The notes under the pieces are model-generated. The model searched no databases, was not told the origin of the DNA, and saw only the letters and a program-made list of their open reading frames with translations. From Gammaproteobacteria bacterium (lineage in GTDB: Bacteria; Pseudomonadota; Gammaproteobacteria; Burkholderiales; JAHFRG01), in NCBI GenBank assembly GCA_041495205.1, contig JBGQCF010000002.1, positions 86,745 to 150,744 on the forward strand: a DNA stretch of 64,000 nucleotides, read 5' to 3'. Every line of letters begins with the position of its first letter. The first letter of the stretch is position 1. Positions 1-10,389 of the stretch are shown piece after piece. The position numbers and the translations under genes were made by a program.

Positions 1-1117
1 AGCCAACAATACATTGGACGACGACGGGAGCGGGTCAGCAGGGTCATCAGTAATAAGCAGGAATAACCGCTTTCTATTTTCCGGCGCGAGCGTTTTCCTG
101 GCAGGCAAAGCAACCGATAATCTCGGCGCTTTCATCCAATACACCTATGACAATGCCTCGACGGCAGATACCCCAGCTGTACATTTAAAGGGGCATTCTG
201 GTATGGATAATGCCGACATTCGCCTGGTCGGCAAATCTTACGGGGCCAGCGCACAAGAAGTGGAATATATTTATGGGCTGACCCTGAACAACAACCCGAC
301 GGTGCAGGACGTCTGGAACAGCACCCCCGCGTTCGGCTTTCCGTTTACAGCTTCCCCGGTTGCGCTTAGCCCCAGTGCGGCGACGCTGATCGACGGCGGG
401 CTCGGGCAACTTGTCGCGGGATACGGGGCATATGCCTACCTGAAAAAAACACTGTACGCAGAATTAACTTTCTACCAAACCGCAGACGGCGTATTCACGT
501 GGATGAGGGCAGGCCAGCACAGCGCCGATTTGGTGCGTCTGCGTGGCCTTAACCCCTACTACCGTGTCGCGCTGACCCATGATTGGGACGCGCATTCGTT
601 GATGGTGGGGGTATTTGGACTGCGCGCCCAGGTGTTTCCCGACAGCACTGATCCGACCACGGCGACTGACCGCTTCACTGATGACGGTGTGGATGCCCAA
701 TACCAGTACATCACCAATCCGCACACGTTTACCACGCAAGTGACCTATATTCACGAGAAACAGGCTTTTGATGCGAGCAACCCCGGGATCGTTGATATTT
801 TGAAGACGTGGCGCGCCAAGGCAACGTATTACTACCAGAGGAAATACGGCGCCACGTTCCAGTACTTCGATACATCCGGAACGGCTGACCCCGCACTCTA
901 TACCACCGGTGAAGCAGCCAAAAACAGCTTTAATGGTTTCCCCAACAGCAACGGGTTCATCTTTGAACTGGACTATTTGCCAATCCAGAACGTCAGGTTG
1001 ATGGCGCAGTACACAGCCTATAAGAAGTTTAACGGCGGGCGCGACAATTACGATGGCTTTGGCAGGAACGCGAGCGACAATAATACTTGGTTCATGAACG
1101 TTTGGGTTGCATTTTGA
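1..1117 (+). CDS. Cyc2-like outer-membrane cytochrome-porin, beta-barrel portion (5' end outside window)
   Basis: Frame is open to the left edge. Amphipathic beta strands and terminal Phe. Motifs GLTLNNNPTVQDVWNSTPA, DAQYQY and KFNG..NYDG.GRNASDNNT recognised from Cyc2-like proteins. The N-terminal CxxCH cannot be seen. Confidence 0.75.
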   Translation, partial: ANNTLDDDGSGSAGSSVISRNNRFLFSGASVFLAGKATDNLGAFIQYTYDNASTADTPAVHLKGHSGMDNADIRLVGKSYGASAQEVEYIYGLTLNNNPTVQDVWNSTPAFGFPFTASPVALSPSAATLIDGGLGQLVAGYGAYAYLKKTLYAELTFYQTADGVFTWMRAGQHSADLVRLRGLNPYYRVALTHDWDAHSLMVGVFGLRAQVFPDSTDPTTATDRFTDDGVDAQYQYITNPHTFTTQVTYIHEKQAFDASNPGIVDILKTWRAKATYYYQRKYGATFQYFDTSGTADPALYTTGEAAKNSFNGFPNSNGFIFELDYLPIQNVRLMAQYTAYKKFNGGRDNYDGFGRNASDNNTWFMNVWVAF

Positions 1118-1195
1118 CGGTGTGCGACGCTTGAAGATTGTTCACGCACACGAGCATAAAGCGAGTTGAAACGAGCTATATAAAGGACCCCCATA

Positions 1196-2401
1196 ATGAT
1201 CAGGAGCTTTGCAGTTTTTATCGCGGTGACGACGACTCTCTGCAGCGGATTGTCGTGGGGTGATGAACCTACCGGAGAGGTAAAGAAGGCTGCCGCCAAA
1301 GTTGCGATCGAGCTTTGTTCATCGTGCCACGGACCGGGCGGGCAGAGCGTATCGCCACAGTTTCCGCGGCTCAACGGCCAGCAACAACACTATCTTACGG
1401 CGCAACTGCTTGCGCTCAAGAGCAAGACCCGTGCGGATCCTGAAGCGCATGATTTTATGTGGGGCATGGTTAAAAACCTGGATGATTCCACAATTAGCGG
1501 CCTGGCTGAATATTATGCCAAGCAGCCTCCCATGCACGGCACAAAAAAAGGCCCCGCTGCGCTCATCGAAAAAGGAAAAGCGCTTTTCACAAACGGCGTT
1601 CCTTCCAAGAAAATACGGGCATGCGCAGACTGCCATGGAGAAAATGCCGGGGGTCAATACATATTCCCTCGTACGATCGAAGGTGCATCCATATTTCCTC
1701 GTTTGGCCGGGCAGCACGCCGAATATCTGGTGCGGCAGGTTACTGTGATTCAGGATAAGCTGCGCGATTCGCCGATTATGCACGGGATTGTTCAACAGCT
1801 TTCAGAGGATGAAAAGAAAGCGCTTGCAATATATTTGGAGTCTTTGGCTGACGAACCTACCGGAGAGGTAAAGAAAGCTGCCAAAGTTGCGATCGAGCTC
1901 TGTTCATCCTGCCACGGACCTGCCGGACAGAGTGTCGCGCCACAATTTCCGCGGCTCGCCGGCCAGCAACAGCTCTATCTGGCAGCGCAGTTGCGTGCGC
2001 TCAAGAGCAAGAGCCGGGCGGATCCCGAGGCGCATGATTTTATGTGGGGCATCGCCGGAACACTGGATGATTCCTTGATTAGCGGCCTCGCCGAGTATTA
2101 CGCGAAGCAGCCTCCCATGCACGGCACAAAAGGCCCCGCTGCACTCATCGAGGAAGGCGAGGCGCTTTTCAAAAATGGCATTCCTTCCAAGAAAATCCCG
2201 GCTTGCGCATCCTGCCATGGAGAAAATGCCCGAGGTGCCTCCCTATTCCCTCGTTTGGCCGGACAGCGCGCCGAATATCTGGTGCGGCAGATTAATGTGA
2301 TTCAGCAAAATCTGCGCACATCGCCAATTATGCATGGGATTGTGGAGCAGCTCTCGGAGAAAGAAATGAAAGCGCTTGCGACATACCTAGAATCCTTGTA
2401 G
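1196..2401 (+). CDS. Periplasmic tetraheme cytochrome c: two fused diheme c4 (Cyc1-like) units
   Basis: Signal peptide; four CxxCH (CSSCH, CADCH, CSSCH, CASCH); PRLAGQ motifs; RAD...MW and QPPM segments typical of Cyc1-type c4. Confidence 0.9.
   Translation: MIRSFAVFIAVTTTLCSGLSWGDEPTGEVKKAAAKVAIELCSSCHGPGGQSVSPQFPRLNGQQQHYLTAQLLALKSKTRADPEAHDFMWGMVKNLDDSTISGLAEYYAKQPPMHGTKKGPAALIEKGKALFTNGVPSKKIRACADCHGENAGGQYIFPRTIEGASIFPRLAGQHAEYLVRQVTVIQDKLRDSPIMHGIVQQLSEDEKKALAIYLESLADEPTGEVKKAAKVAIELCSSCHGPAGQSVAPQFPRLAGQQQLYLAAQLRALKSKSRADPEAHDFMWGIAGTLDDSLISGLAEYYAKQPPMHGTKGPAALIEEGEALFKNGIPSKKIPACASCHGENARGASLFPRLAGQRAEYLVRQINVIQQNLRTSPIMHGIVEQLSEKEMKALATYLESL
1262..2398 (+). repeat. Intragenic tandem duplication (units 1262-1846 and 1850-2398)
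   Basis: Both units run from DEPTGEVKKA to YLESL with obvious nucleotide similarity. Confidence 0.95.
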
Positions 2402-2440
2402 GCCAACCTTGCATTATTCAACAGAGTGGAGATTAAACAC

Positions 2441-2776
2441 ATGAAGCAGACCCCTATTAATATCCATCGTCGTGGTTTTCTAAAAATCGGTTCGCTTGCG
2501 GCAGCGTTTATCGCGGTAGGCACGCATGCCTTGAAATCCGCTGCACAAGGTGCGCAGGTAGATGAAAAGGATGTGACAGCACAGAGCTTGGGATACAAGC
2601 ATGACGCAACCAAGGCCGACAAAGCGAAATTTCCCAAGTATGCAGCAGGGCAGACATGCGCGAATTGTCAGCTGTTTCAAGGCAAGCCCGGCGAAGCGTG
2701 GGGCCCCTGTCCTATTTTTGCCGGCAAGGTTGTCAACGCCAAGGGCTGGTGTTCAGCTTACATCAAGAAAGCTTAA
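2441..2776 (+). CDS. High-potential iron-sulfur protein (HiPIP)
   Basis: Tat signal RRGFLK; A.SLGYKHDA; CANC...CPIF...GWC four-Cys pattern. Confidence 0.93.
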   Translation: MKQTPINIHRRGFLKIGSLAAAFIAVGTHALKSAAQGAQVDEKDVTAQSLGYKHDATKADKAKFPKYAAGQTCANCQLFQGKPGEAWGPCPIFAGKVVNAKGWCSAYIKKA

Positions 2777-2896
2777 TCCGTCGCTATTGGCGCTGACTGC
2801 ACTGCCTGAGTGATGCGGCCGGTTCACTCAAGTTTAAGAAATCGCACTCAAGGCGACGAAAGTCATGGCCCTTCATCTGGCTGCATGGCGCACCAC

Positions 2897-4255
2897 TCAA
2901 TCAAGCCGGTCCTGCTCAAGATAATCCGGAACACGGCAGTTCCAGCCTAACTCTTCCTCGATGCGGTGACGCAGGGCGTCCGCCGCCGCGGGTTCCCCAT
3001 GGGTTACGAATGTGCGCCGAGGCGGCGTCCTGAAGCCTCTCAGCCAAGCCATGATCTCGCTGGCATCGGCATGCGCCGAAAGATTGTTGATGGCAGCGAC
3101 CTCGGCGCGGATCGGCACGTACCCGCCGTGAATCTTCACCGACTCGGCCCCGGCAAGAATGGACGCGCCGCGCGTGCCGCCGGCCTGGAATCCGGAAAAG
3201 AGAATGGTGTTGCGGGGGTCGGGGGCGAAAGCTTTCAGGTGATGCACGACTCGGCCGCCTGTGGCCATGCCGCTTGCCGCGATGATAATCATGGGGCCGC
3301 GCTTGTTGTTGAGGCTCTTCGATTCTTTCGCACTGTTGACGATGTGGGCGGTCGTGCACATCGCATCACACTGTTCCGGCGTCAACCTGTGCTCGCCGAG
3401 GTGATTGTGAAATACCTGCGTCACATCGGCTGCCATCGGGCTGTTGAGAAATACCGGAAGGTCGGGAATAGTTTTCTCTGCCTTTAACAAGTGGATGTAA
3501 TAGAGAAGCGTCTGGGCACGGCCGACCGCAAATGCGGGAATGATGACGACTCCACCTCGTTTGGCGGTGCGGTTGATGATCTCCGCTAGTTTCAGGCGCG
3601 GGTCAGCCGGATCGTGCCGGCGATCACCATAAGTGGATTCGACCACCAGATAATCGGCTGTCTCGATCGTCTTGGGCGCGGGCATCACCATGTCGTTGGG
3701 ACGCCCGATGTCCCCGGAGAACAGGATTGACGTTTCCGGGCTGCGAATGGATACGAATGCAGAACCGAGAATATGCCCTGAAGGAAGGAATTGCACTTTG
3801 AGTTCCTTTTCCAGAACCCACTCGGCGTCGAAATCGAGCGGCGAGAAGAGCTTCAGACAATTTCCGGCATCCTCCTTTGTATAAAGCGGCAGTGCCGGCT
3901 TGTGCTTGGAGAATCCCTGCCGATTCGCATATTCGGCTTCTTCTTCCTGCAGATGACCGCTGTCGGGAAGCAGGATCTCACAGAGATCACGGGTCGCATG
4001 CGTGCAGTAGATCCGCCCCGTGAAACCGTTTTTAGCGAGCAGCGGGATGTAACCACTGTGATCGATGTGAGCATGGGTAAGGACTACAGCGTTGATGGTC
4101 TGGGGATCGACGGGCAACGGCTCCCAGTTTCTCAGGCGCAATTGTTTAAAGCCCTGGAACAGTCCGCAGTCAATAAGAATCTTTTTCGAGCCTGTGCTCA
4201 CCAGATACTTTGATCCTGTGACGGTGCCCGTTGCGCCCAGGAATTGGATTTTCAT
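2897..4255 (-). CDS. MBL-fold/beta-CASP RNA-processing metallo-hydrolase
   Basis: [48 protein letters not shown]. Confidence 0.93.
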   Translation of the reverse strand: MKIQFLGATGTVTGSKYLVSTGSKKILIDCGLFQGFKQLRLRNWEPLPVDPQTINAVVLTHAHIDHSGYIPLLAKNGFTGRIYCTHATRDLCEILLPDSGHLQEEEAEYANRQGFSKHKPALPLYTKEDAGNCLKLFSPLDFDAEWVLEKELKVQFLPSGHILGSAFVSIRSPETSILFSGDIGRPNDMVMPAPKTIETADYLVVESTYGDRRHDPADPRLKLAEIINRTAKRGGVVIIPAFAVGRAQTLLYYIHLLKAEKTIPDLPVFLNSPMAADVTQVFHNHLGEHRLTPEQCDAMCTTAHIVNSAKESKSLNNKRGPMIIIAASGMATGGRVVHHLKAFAPDPRNTILFSGFQAGGTRGASILAGAESVKIHGGYVPIRAEVAAINNLSAHADASEIMAWLRGFRTPPRRTFVTHGEPAAADALRHRIEEELGWNCRVPDYLEQDRLD

Positions 4256-4302
4256 GATTTTCCGCGATAGAGCTGCTTGAATGTTGTGTCGGTCGGCGAG
4301 GC

Positions 4303-6111
4303 TTATTGCGGGTTCGCTGCGATCAGCTTGAGATCATCTTCGACAAGCGTTTCCTTGCTCAATAGCAGTTCGGCTCCCTTCTCGAGGTTCTTCCGCCGTT
4401 TGCTGAGCAGCCCGACCGCCCGTTCGAAGGCGCTGCCCACAAGCGCCCGAATTGCACTGTCAATTTCCCGAGCTGTTTCTTCGCTGTAGCTTCGCTCCTG
4501 CGCGAGTGCCGGGCCTTCCAAAAATACCGAGCGCGGGGCTTCGTAGGTCACTTGCCCCAGCTTTTCGTCCATCCCGTAGCGCATGACCATGCTACGTGCG
4601 ATGTCCGTCGCTTTCGCCAGGTCATCGGCTGCGCCAGTCGAGAGTTTCCCTAACACGATGTGTTCCGCTGCCCGGCCGCCGAGCAGCACCGTCATCTTGT
4701 TCTCCAGTTCCTCGCGGGTCATGAGAAAACGGTCTTCGATCGGACGCTGAATGGTGTAGCCGAGCGCGCCGATGCCGCGCGGGATGATCGAAATCTTGTG
4801 CACCACATCAACGCCGGGCAGCGACATCGCCACCAGCGCATGCCCCATCTCATGGTAGGCAACCACTTTGCGCTCCAACGGGTTGAGAATCCGGTTTTTC
4901 TTTTCCAGCCCGGCGACGATACGCTCGACCGCCGCGGTAAAATCGGCGAGCGTCACGGCTTCCGCTACGCGACGTGTGGCAAGCAATGCCGCCTCGTTGA
5001 CGAGGTTGGCGATGTCGGCGCCGGTAAATCCCGGTGTGAGCGCGGCGATCTGCTCGACGTCAGTGTCCGGGGCAAGCTTTACCTTCTTTAGATGCACGTT
5101 CAGAATTTGTACCCGTCCTTTCTTGTCCGGCCGGTCCACCAGCACTTGCCGATCGAACCGGCCGGCACGCAATAGTGCTGTATCCAGGATTTCCGGCCGG
5201 TTGGTCGCGGCGAGCAGGATCAGGCCCTGGCTTGGGTCGAAGCCGTCCATTTCGGATAGCAACTGATTCAGCGTTTGCTCCTTCTCGTCGTGGCCAGCCA
5301 GGGGATACGCGGCGCGGGCGCGCCCCAGCGCGTCCAGCTCATCGATGAAAATTATGGCGGGTGCTTTCTTGCGCCCCTGTTCGAACAGGTCGCGCACACG
5401 TGCCGCGCCGACCCCAACGAACATTTCCACAAACTCCGAGCCGCTGATTGAGAAAAATGGCACGCCCGCTTCGCCGGCGACGGCGCGCGCAAGCAGCGTC
5501 TTTCCGGTTCCCGGCGGGCCGACGAGCAGCACACCTTTCGGGATGCGCCCGCCGAGCCGGCTGTAGCGCTGCGGGTCTTTGAGGAACCCGACGACTTCCC
5601 TCAACTCTTCCTTCGCCTCATCCACACCCGCAACATCTTCAAACGTTACCTTGGTATCCGTTTCCATGTAGACCTTGGCCTTGCTCTTGCCGATTGAGAG
5701 AAACCCACCCCCCATGCCGCCTTGCTCGGCCATTCTCTTGGCGAGGAACATCCACACCACAAGAAACACAAGTGCCGGCACAACCCAACCCAAGATGTCC
5801 CGAAAGAGCCTGCTCTCAACGACCCCGGTGTACTTTACGTCGTATTGCGAGAGATCACGCGCAAGCTCTGGATTGACCGGAGTCGTTACAAAGCGGCTAC
5901 GCCCGTCCGGGAGCGGTTCTTTGTACACCCCTTGGATAGTGTTGCTGCCAATCGTGATCTCTTTAATCTTGCCGGCTTTTAGATGATGCTGGAACTCGCT
6001 GTAGGAAATCGGCTCGACTTGCGTCATCGTCATCCATGCGTCTCGCAGCCACAAGACTCCAAGGATGGCAATGATCAAGTACCAAAGGTTGAATTGAGTC
6101 TGCTTTTCCAT
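4303..6111 (-). CDS. ftsH: ATP-dependent zinc metalloprotease FtsH (accessory paralog)
   Basis: Two TM helices, [27 protein letters not shown]; start placed at ATG 6111 with GAGGA RBS. Confidence 0.95.
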   Translation of the reverse strand: MEKQTQFNLWYLIIAILGVLWLRDAWMTMTQVEPISYSEFQHHLKAGKIKEITIGSNTIQGVYKEPLPDGRSRFVTTPVNPELARDLSQYDVKYTGVVESRLFRDILGWVVPALVFLVVWMFLAKRMAEQGGMGGGFLSIGKSKAKVYMETDTKVTFEDVAGVDEAKEELREVVGFLKDPQRYSRLGGRIPKGVLLVGPPGTGKTLLARAVAGEAGVPFFSISGSEFVEMFVGVGAARVRDLFEQGRKKAPAIIFIDELDALGRARAAYPLAGHDEKEQTLNQLLSEMDGFDPSQGLILLAATNRPEILDTALLRAGRFDRQVLVDRPDKKGRVQILNVHLKKVKLAPDTDVEQIAALTPGFTGADIANLVNEAALLATRRVAEAVTLADFTAAVERIVAGLEKKNRILNPLERKVVAYHEMGHALVAMSLPGVDVVHKISIIPRGIGALGYTIQRPIEDRFLMTREELENKMTVLLGGRAAEHIVLGKLSTGAADDLAKATDIARSMVMRYGMDEKLGQVTYEAPRSVFLEGPALAQERSYSEETAREIDSAIRALVGSAFERAVGLLSKRRKNLEKGAELLLSKETLVEDDLKLIAANPQ

Positions 6112-6155
6112 ATCGTCCTCCGACTTCGCGGTTCGGATCCCCGATCCATAAAATG

Positions 6156-6265
6156 GCGCAATTGTTTGAAGCCCTGGAACAGTCCGCAATCCACCAGCAC
6201 GCGTTTACCACCCGCTTCCACGAGATACTTTGAGCCGGTCACCGTGCCGGTCGCGCCAAGATGCG
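6156..6265 (-). pseudogene. N-terminal stub of a second beta-CASP hydrolase gene
   Basis: Translates [36 protein letters not shown], paralogous to 4136-4241; no start codon and no continuation. Confidence 0.85.
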
Positions 6266-6267
6266 TC

Positions 6268-7458
6268 TCAATGTACTAGTATGGTCCCGCTTATGATGAG
6301 ATGGCTGACTTCCTCGATGCGGTCTAGGCGGCGATCGGCGATGCGCTTGATTTCCGAGGCAAGAGATGCGGTGACGCCGTGTTTTGCCGCGACCTCGACG
6401 GCGAGCAACTGTGGACAGTCAATCGGCTCACCGATGGCCGACACGATCTGGACGTTCGCTTCTTCCACTTCCTCGAACTGCTCGCAGATGTCGCGCGCTA
6501 TGAGCATCGCCAGCACGTTATAAAGCTTGCCGACATGCGCGACCGGGTTCTTTCCGGCCGCGGCCTCGAGTGACATGGCGCGGCCGGGCGTGATAAGACC
6601 GCTCACGCGGTTGCCGCGGCCGACCTGGCCGTCGTCGCCCATCTCGGCGCTAAGGCCGGATACCGTGAGATAGACTCCGGATTCATCGGTCGCACCATCG
6701 TCGTCGAGGTTGTTGATTCTGAGCACCGCGGGAAGCTCCAGGCGCTCGAGAAGGTAATGCTGAACCGAGTGCTTGATCTCGAAATAGTCGCGGACACCTT
6801 GAACGTGACGGTCAACGAACGCAAGGGCGACCGTGAGGTTGAGCGAAGTCTTGATCCGATGGGCAATGATCTTGTAGTCGTCGCCGGCCGCGGGAAAGGC
6901 TTGTCTGAATTCCGGCGAGCGCAGCATCGCGGCGACAGCGAGCACGGTTTTTTCAGTGGTCGAATACGGGGCAAAGCCCGCGCCGAATGAGCTGTCGTTC
7001 GCCAACGGCACTTCGGACGTCTCGGCAAAGACACGTTTGAGATTGAGGCTGCCTTCGCGTATCTCGGTAACGATTTCGAAAATGCCGGAGTCGCATCGCA
7101 GGTTCCCCGAGAGACAGCGTCGGGCGGCATCCATCGCGATTTGCCGCACATCTATACGGGCGTCGGGACGCGTCGCCCTGCCACACAGGATCAGCTTGAC
7201 CCGTTGCACGATGGCGCCTCCGCCGAAGCGGGGAGCGCTTTCGCCCGCAACCAGCAGGCCCTTGTCGAGGTTATGGTGCAGAACCCGGCCGTAATGCTGC
7301 AGGTAGGCAAGGGAAAGCTCGCGCGAAGCTGCTTCGCAGGTTGCATCCATGATTGAGTCCGGATGCCCGACACCCTTGTGCTCGCAGATCTCGATGTCGC
7401 GCTTTCCGAGCGGTACCCCGGCCAGAGCGTCCACAATTATGTTTCTCCCCGAAGTCAT
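6268..7458 (-). CDS. Archaeal-type methionine adenosyltransferase (SAM synthetase)
   Basis: [57 protein letters not shown]. Confidence 0.9.
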   Translation of the reverse strand: MTSGRNIIVDALAGVPLGKRDIEICEHKGVGHPDSIMDATCEAASRELSLAYLQHYGRVLHHNLDKGLLVAGESAPRFGGGAIVQRVKLILCGRATRPDARIDVRQIAMDAARRCLSGNLRCDSGIFEIVTEIREGSLNLKRVFAETSEVPLANDSSFGAGFAPYSTTEKTVLAVAAMLRSPEFRQAFPAAGDDYKIIAHRIKTSLNLTVALAFVDRHVQGVRDYFEIKHSVQHYLLERLELPAVLRINNLDDDGATDESGVYLTVSGLSAEMGDDGQVGRGNRVSGLITPGRAMSLEAAAGKNPVAHVGKLYNVLAMLIARDICEQFEEVEEANVQIVSAIGEPIDCPQLLAVEVAAKHGVTASLASEIKRIADRRLDRIEEVSHLIISGTILVH

Positions 7459-7570
7459 CTGTTGTTCATCCGGCAACTGGTGGCGTAAGGCGTAACACTC
7501 CTCTTCAGATCATGGCGTTGAAATTCGGCGTACCACCTTACCCGCGCAGCGCGCGGTTGCCGTACGGCAG

Positions 7571-8227
7571 TCATCCGTGGTGCAACGGTCTGCGATCCCA
7601 GGAGGGAATGAATCCAGGCGTGTTCTCCATGTAGCGCCTATAGTCATCTCCGAACTCTGCAATGGCCTCCTTTTCTTCGCGGCGCGCCAGCCGGACGTAC
7701 ATGTAAACCAGCACCGGGAACATCGCGAGGGTCAGCAACGTCGGCCACTGAAACAGGAAACCGAACATGATGAGCACGAACGCGACATACTGCGGATGGC
7801 GGATACGTGCGTAGGGACCGGCGGTCGCGAGCGCGCGCTTGCGCTGCGCGGCGTAGAGCACCTGCCACGCCGAGGAGAGCAACCAGAAGCCGCCGCCGAT
7901 GAATACGAAGCTCAATAAATGAAACGGTCCAAAGTGCGGGTTGGCGCGCCAACCGAACAGCATCTCCAACAGATGGCCGGCATCGTGCGCGAGCCAATCC
8001 ACTCCAGGATAACGGCTCTGGAGCCAGCCCGAAAGCAGATAAATAGTGAGCGGATAGCCGTACATTTCGGTAAAGAGCGCGATGATGAATGCGGAGAAAG
8101 CGCCGAAAGAGCGCCAGTCGCGCGAGCTCTGCGGCTTGGCGAAGCTGAAGGCGAAGATGATGAACACGGCCGAATTGATGATCACCAGCATCCACAACCC
8201 GTAGGCCGGAGAGTCTGTTTGGTTCAT
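7571..8227 (-). CDS. Isoprenylcysteine carboxyl methyltransferase (Ste14/PEMT-like) membrane protein
   Basis: TM helices; GPYARIRHPQY and REE..FG..Y..Y...PGFIP motifs. Confidence 0.85.
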   Translation of the reverse strand: MNQTDSPAYGLWMLVIINSAVFIIFAFSFAKPQSSRDWRSFGAFSAFIIALFTEMYGYPLTIYLLSGWLQSRYPGVDWLAHDAGHLLEMLFGWRANPHFGPFHLLSFVFIGGGFWLLSSAWQVLYAAQRKRALATAGPYARIRHPQYVAFVLIMFGFLFQWPTLLTLAMFPVLVYMYVRLARREEKEAIAEFGDDYRRYMENTPGFIPSWDRRPLHHG

Positions 8228-8484
8228 TTGCGTTCTCCTTTTCGGTCGTTGTCGGAACGGGTGCCCTCGTGTTCATGTTTCTGATGGCCACTGTGTCTGT
8301 GATGAAATAAATGCATCAGTGGACAGGCGAGCAGGAAAAGGAAAGGCAGGTAATAGAGCAGCCCTGTGAGGTGTGCTCGATGCTCGGTGATAAGAAAGAA
8401 TCCCGCGATCAACAGAAAGCCGATAAATACAAATTTCCCTATCGAATTCGACGAATTGTGGTCTTGCCCAGGATCATGATTCAT
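8224..8484 (-). CDS. DUF2933-like small membrane protein
   Basis: EHRAHL...LLACPLMHLFHHRH motif; copper-island context. Confidence 0.8.
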   Translation of the reverse strand: MNHDPGQDHNSSNSIGKFVFIGFLLIAGFFLITEHRAHLTGLLYYLPFLFLLACPLMHLFHHRHSGHQKHEHEGTRSDNDRKGERK

Positions 8485-8509
8485 GTTGATGCTCCTTCCA
8501 ATATTCCAT

Positions 8510-9004
8510 TCAGCGGGGCGCCTTGAAGCTCGGATGAGTGAAATAAAAAGCTGCTTTAAGTTGGCGTGATTCTGTCGGTAGCCAGATTTCGACGTCTATC
8601 TTAAACGGGCCGCGTCCGATCATGGGGAAATAATTTCCGTAGGTCATGGAGTCGGCGATCCTCATGGGTTCCATCTTCTTCTTGACGCTGGCCAATCCGA
8701 TCTCGCCGACGCGAGCCTCCACGGCAGCGTCGCTCACGTGGTCGCCGCTCCCGTCATTGATGATGGACACCATGATGTGGTGAGTATCCCCGGCGGTTTT
8801 GGCCCCACCGTGCATGGTGGCTTCAGGGTGCGGTTGTGCATGCCCCTTCACGATTTCTGCTGGGACGATTCCGAGATAGATCGAGAAGCCGCCGACGACC
8901 TTGTGGTAATCGGTCTGCGCCGCAGCGGAAGTGGTTCCAAGCAGGACCCCCGAGGCCAGCGCGAGTCCGAAGATGCGAGCCAAGAACGTTCGGAACATAA
9001 TCAT
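8510..9004 (-). CDS. Periplasmic His/Met-containing metal-binding protein (P19/Tpd-like)
   Basis: Signal peptide; MHGG, HHIMV, MEPM...YGNYF motif; start uncertain. Confidence 0.55.
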   Translation of the reverse strand: MIMFRTFLARIFGLALASGVLLGTTSAAAQTDYHKVVGGFSIYLGIVPAEIVKGHAQPHPEATMHGGAKTAGDTHHIMVSIINDGSGDHVSDAAVEARVGEIGLASVKKKMEPMRIADSMTYGNYFPMIGRGPFKIDVEIWLPTESRQLKAAFYFTHPSFKAPR

Positions 9005-9006
9005 AG

Positions 9007-9738
9007 TCAGGCGTGGTCGCATGACGGACTCCCGTGTTTGCCGGCATGTGCCACGCTCTTGTTCCAGGTGAAATGCTCGTACACCCCGGTCCAATACAGG
9101 CCGAAGGCGAAACCGAATAGCAATTCCTCGAGTGGAATTGCGTAGATTAACACGCCGCTTAACACGGGTAAATTCCAGACTTGTTCAATATACCCCGGCG
9201 CAAACCACCTCAATCCCAGCATGAAGATTGTGTACAAGATGAGGAACAGCGCGCCGCCGACGAACGTCTTCCATTTCAGATCGGGCCGGCAGATCACCGC
9301 CGCGACTGCACCGACCACGAGGCATGCGATTGAAGGATAAATCGGGTTCCACGGCAGAAAATAAAGGGGCACGAACAGCACGTATGGTGCGGCGAGCGCG
9401 ATTGGATGGAAGCGGTGCTGGGACGCGCGGCGCTCCGCTTTGCTCATCGGCACAAGGTCTTGCCCCGTGACTGTGTTGTAGAAAACCGCCCCAATCCCGC
9501 CGATCGCGAAACAGAAGACGAAGCTTTCGATATCGAAACCGGTTCGCTGTGCCAGTTCGAAAAGGCTCGGCGGATTCCAGTAGGCGGGAACGAAGATGGG
9601 CTCGGTGATGCCGAAGAGCGCGGTGCCGAGACTTGCGCGCCATATCACGCTGCGGTGCTTTGGATTGAGCAGGTACAGCGCGAGCCACGGAAGCAGGAAC
9701 GCGCTCGACCAGATCAGCCACACATAGTGGTACTTCAA
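9007..9738 (-). CDS. Lycopene-cyclase-domain membrane protein
   Basis: Multiple TM helices; two repeats ending W...DIE and W...IPLEELLF. Confidence 0.65.
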   Translation of the reverse strand: MKYHYVWLIWSSAFLLPWLALYLLNPKHRSVIWRASLGTALFGITEPIFVPAYWNPPSLFELAQRTGFDIESFVFCFAIGGIGAVFYNTVTGQDLVPMSKAERRASQHRFHPIALAAPYVLFVPLYFLPWNPIYPSIACLVVGAVAAVICRPDLKWKTFVGGALFLILYTIFMLGLRWFAPGYIEQVWNLPVLSGVLIYAIPLEELLFGFAFGLYWTGVYEHFTWNKSVAHAGKHGSPSCDHA

Positions 9739-9844
9739 TGGCGACCCCTTTTAATGTTTACGCAACTTCGACTCGCCAGCTTGCCAATCGTCAATACGTT
9801 CGGATTATTCATGAGGACCTCGAGAATAGTTCGAATCCCGTGGG

Positions 9845-10327
9845 TCACTTTGCCAATACTACTTCTGTTTTCATTCCGGCCTCGAAGTGACCTGGGATAT
9901 GGCACGCAAACACCAGCTTACCCTGAACTGGTTTGTCGAATTTCCAAATCAGCACCTTGGTCTCGCCGGGCTCAAGCGTCACCATGTTCGGGTCATTGTG
10001 AACCATGTTTGGCATCTTTTTCATCATTGCAGCATGCGCTCGCTGATACGGTGCGTCCCCGATTGAGAACTCGTGGCGGGTCTGGCCGGTGTTCTTGATA
10101 ACAAATTTCACAACGTCACCCCGCTTGATGTCGGTGCGGTCAAACACGAACTTCATCTGATCGTTGGCCTCGACATTGATGGTCTTGGTAACTTCGGATT
10201 CCGTACCTGGGTCGCCAAAGGTTACCTTCATGCCGTCATGATGGTCATGGCCGGCATCGGCGAACGCAGGCCCGTATGCAAAAAGTGCGGATATAATTAC
10301 TATTGCACGAGTAAGCTTGGTCTTCAT
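9845..10327 (-). CDS. Periplasmic cupredoxin, CopI-like
   Basis: Signal peptide; His-rich N-terminus; HEFSIG; Met-rich loop; CHIPGHFEAGM type-1 Cu ligands. Confidence 0.85.
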   Translation of the reverse strand: MKTKLTRAIVIISALFAYGPAFADAGHDHHDGMKVTFGDPGTESEVTKTINVEANDQMKFVFDRTDIKRGDVVKFVIKNTGQTRHEFSIGDAPYQRAHAAMMKKMPNMVHNDPNMVTLEPGETKVLIWKFDKPVQGKLVFACHIPGHFEAGMKTEVVLAK

Positions 10328-10389
10328 ATCAATTCTCTTAATACGTTGCATGAGACTCGTTAGCTACAGAGAATTCGTGTTGTCTGACG

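Noticed and set aside
6112-6189. N-terminal extension of FtsH in the ORF track
   Set aside because: It overlaps the beta-CASP stub; ATG 6111 has a proper RBS
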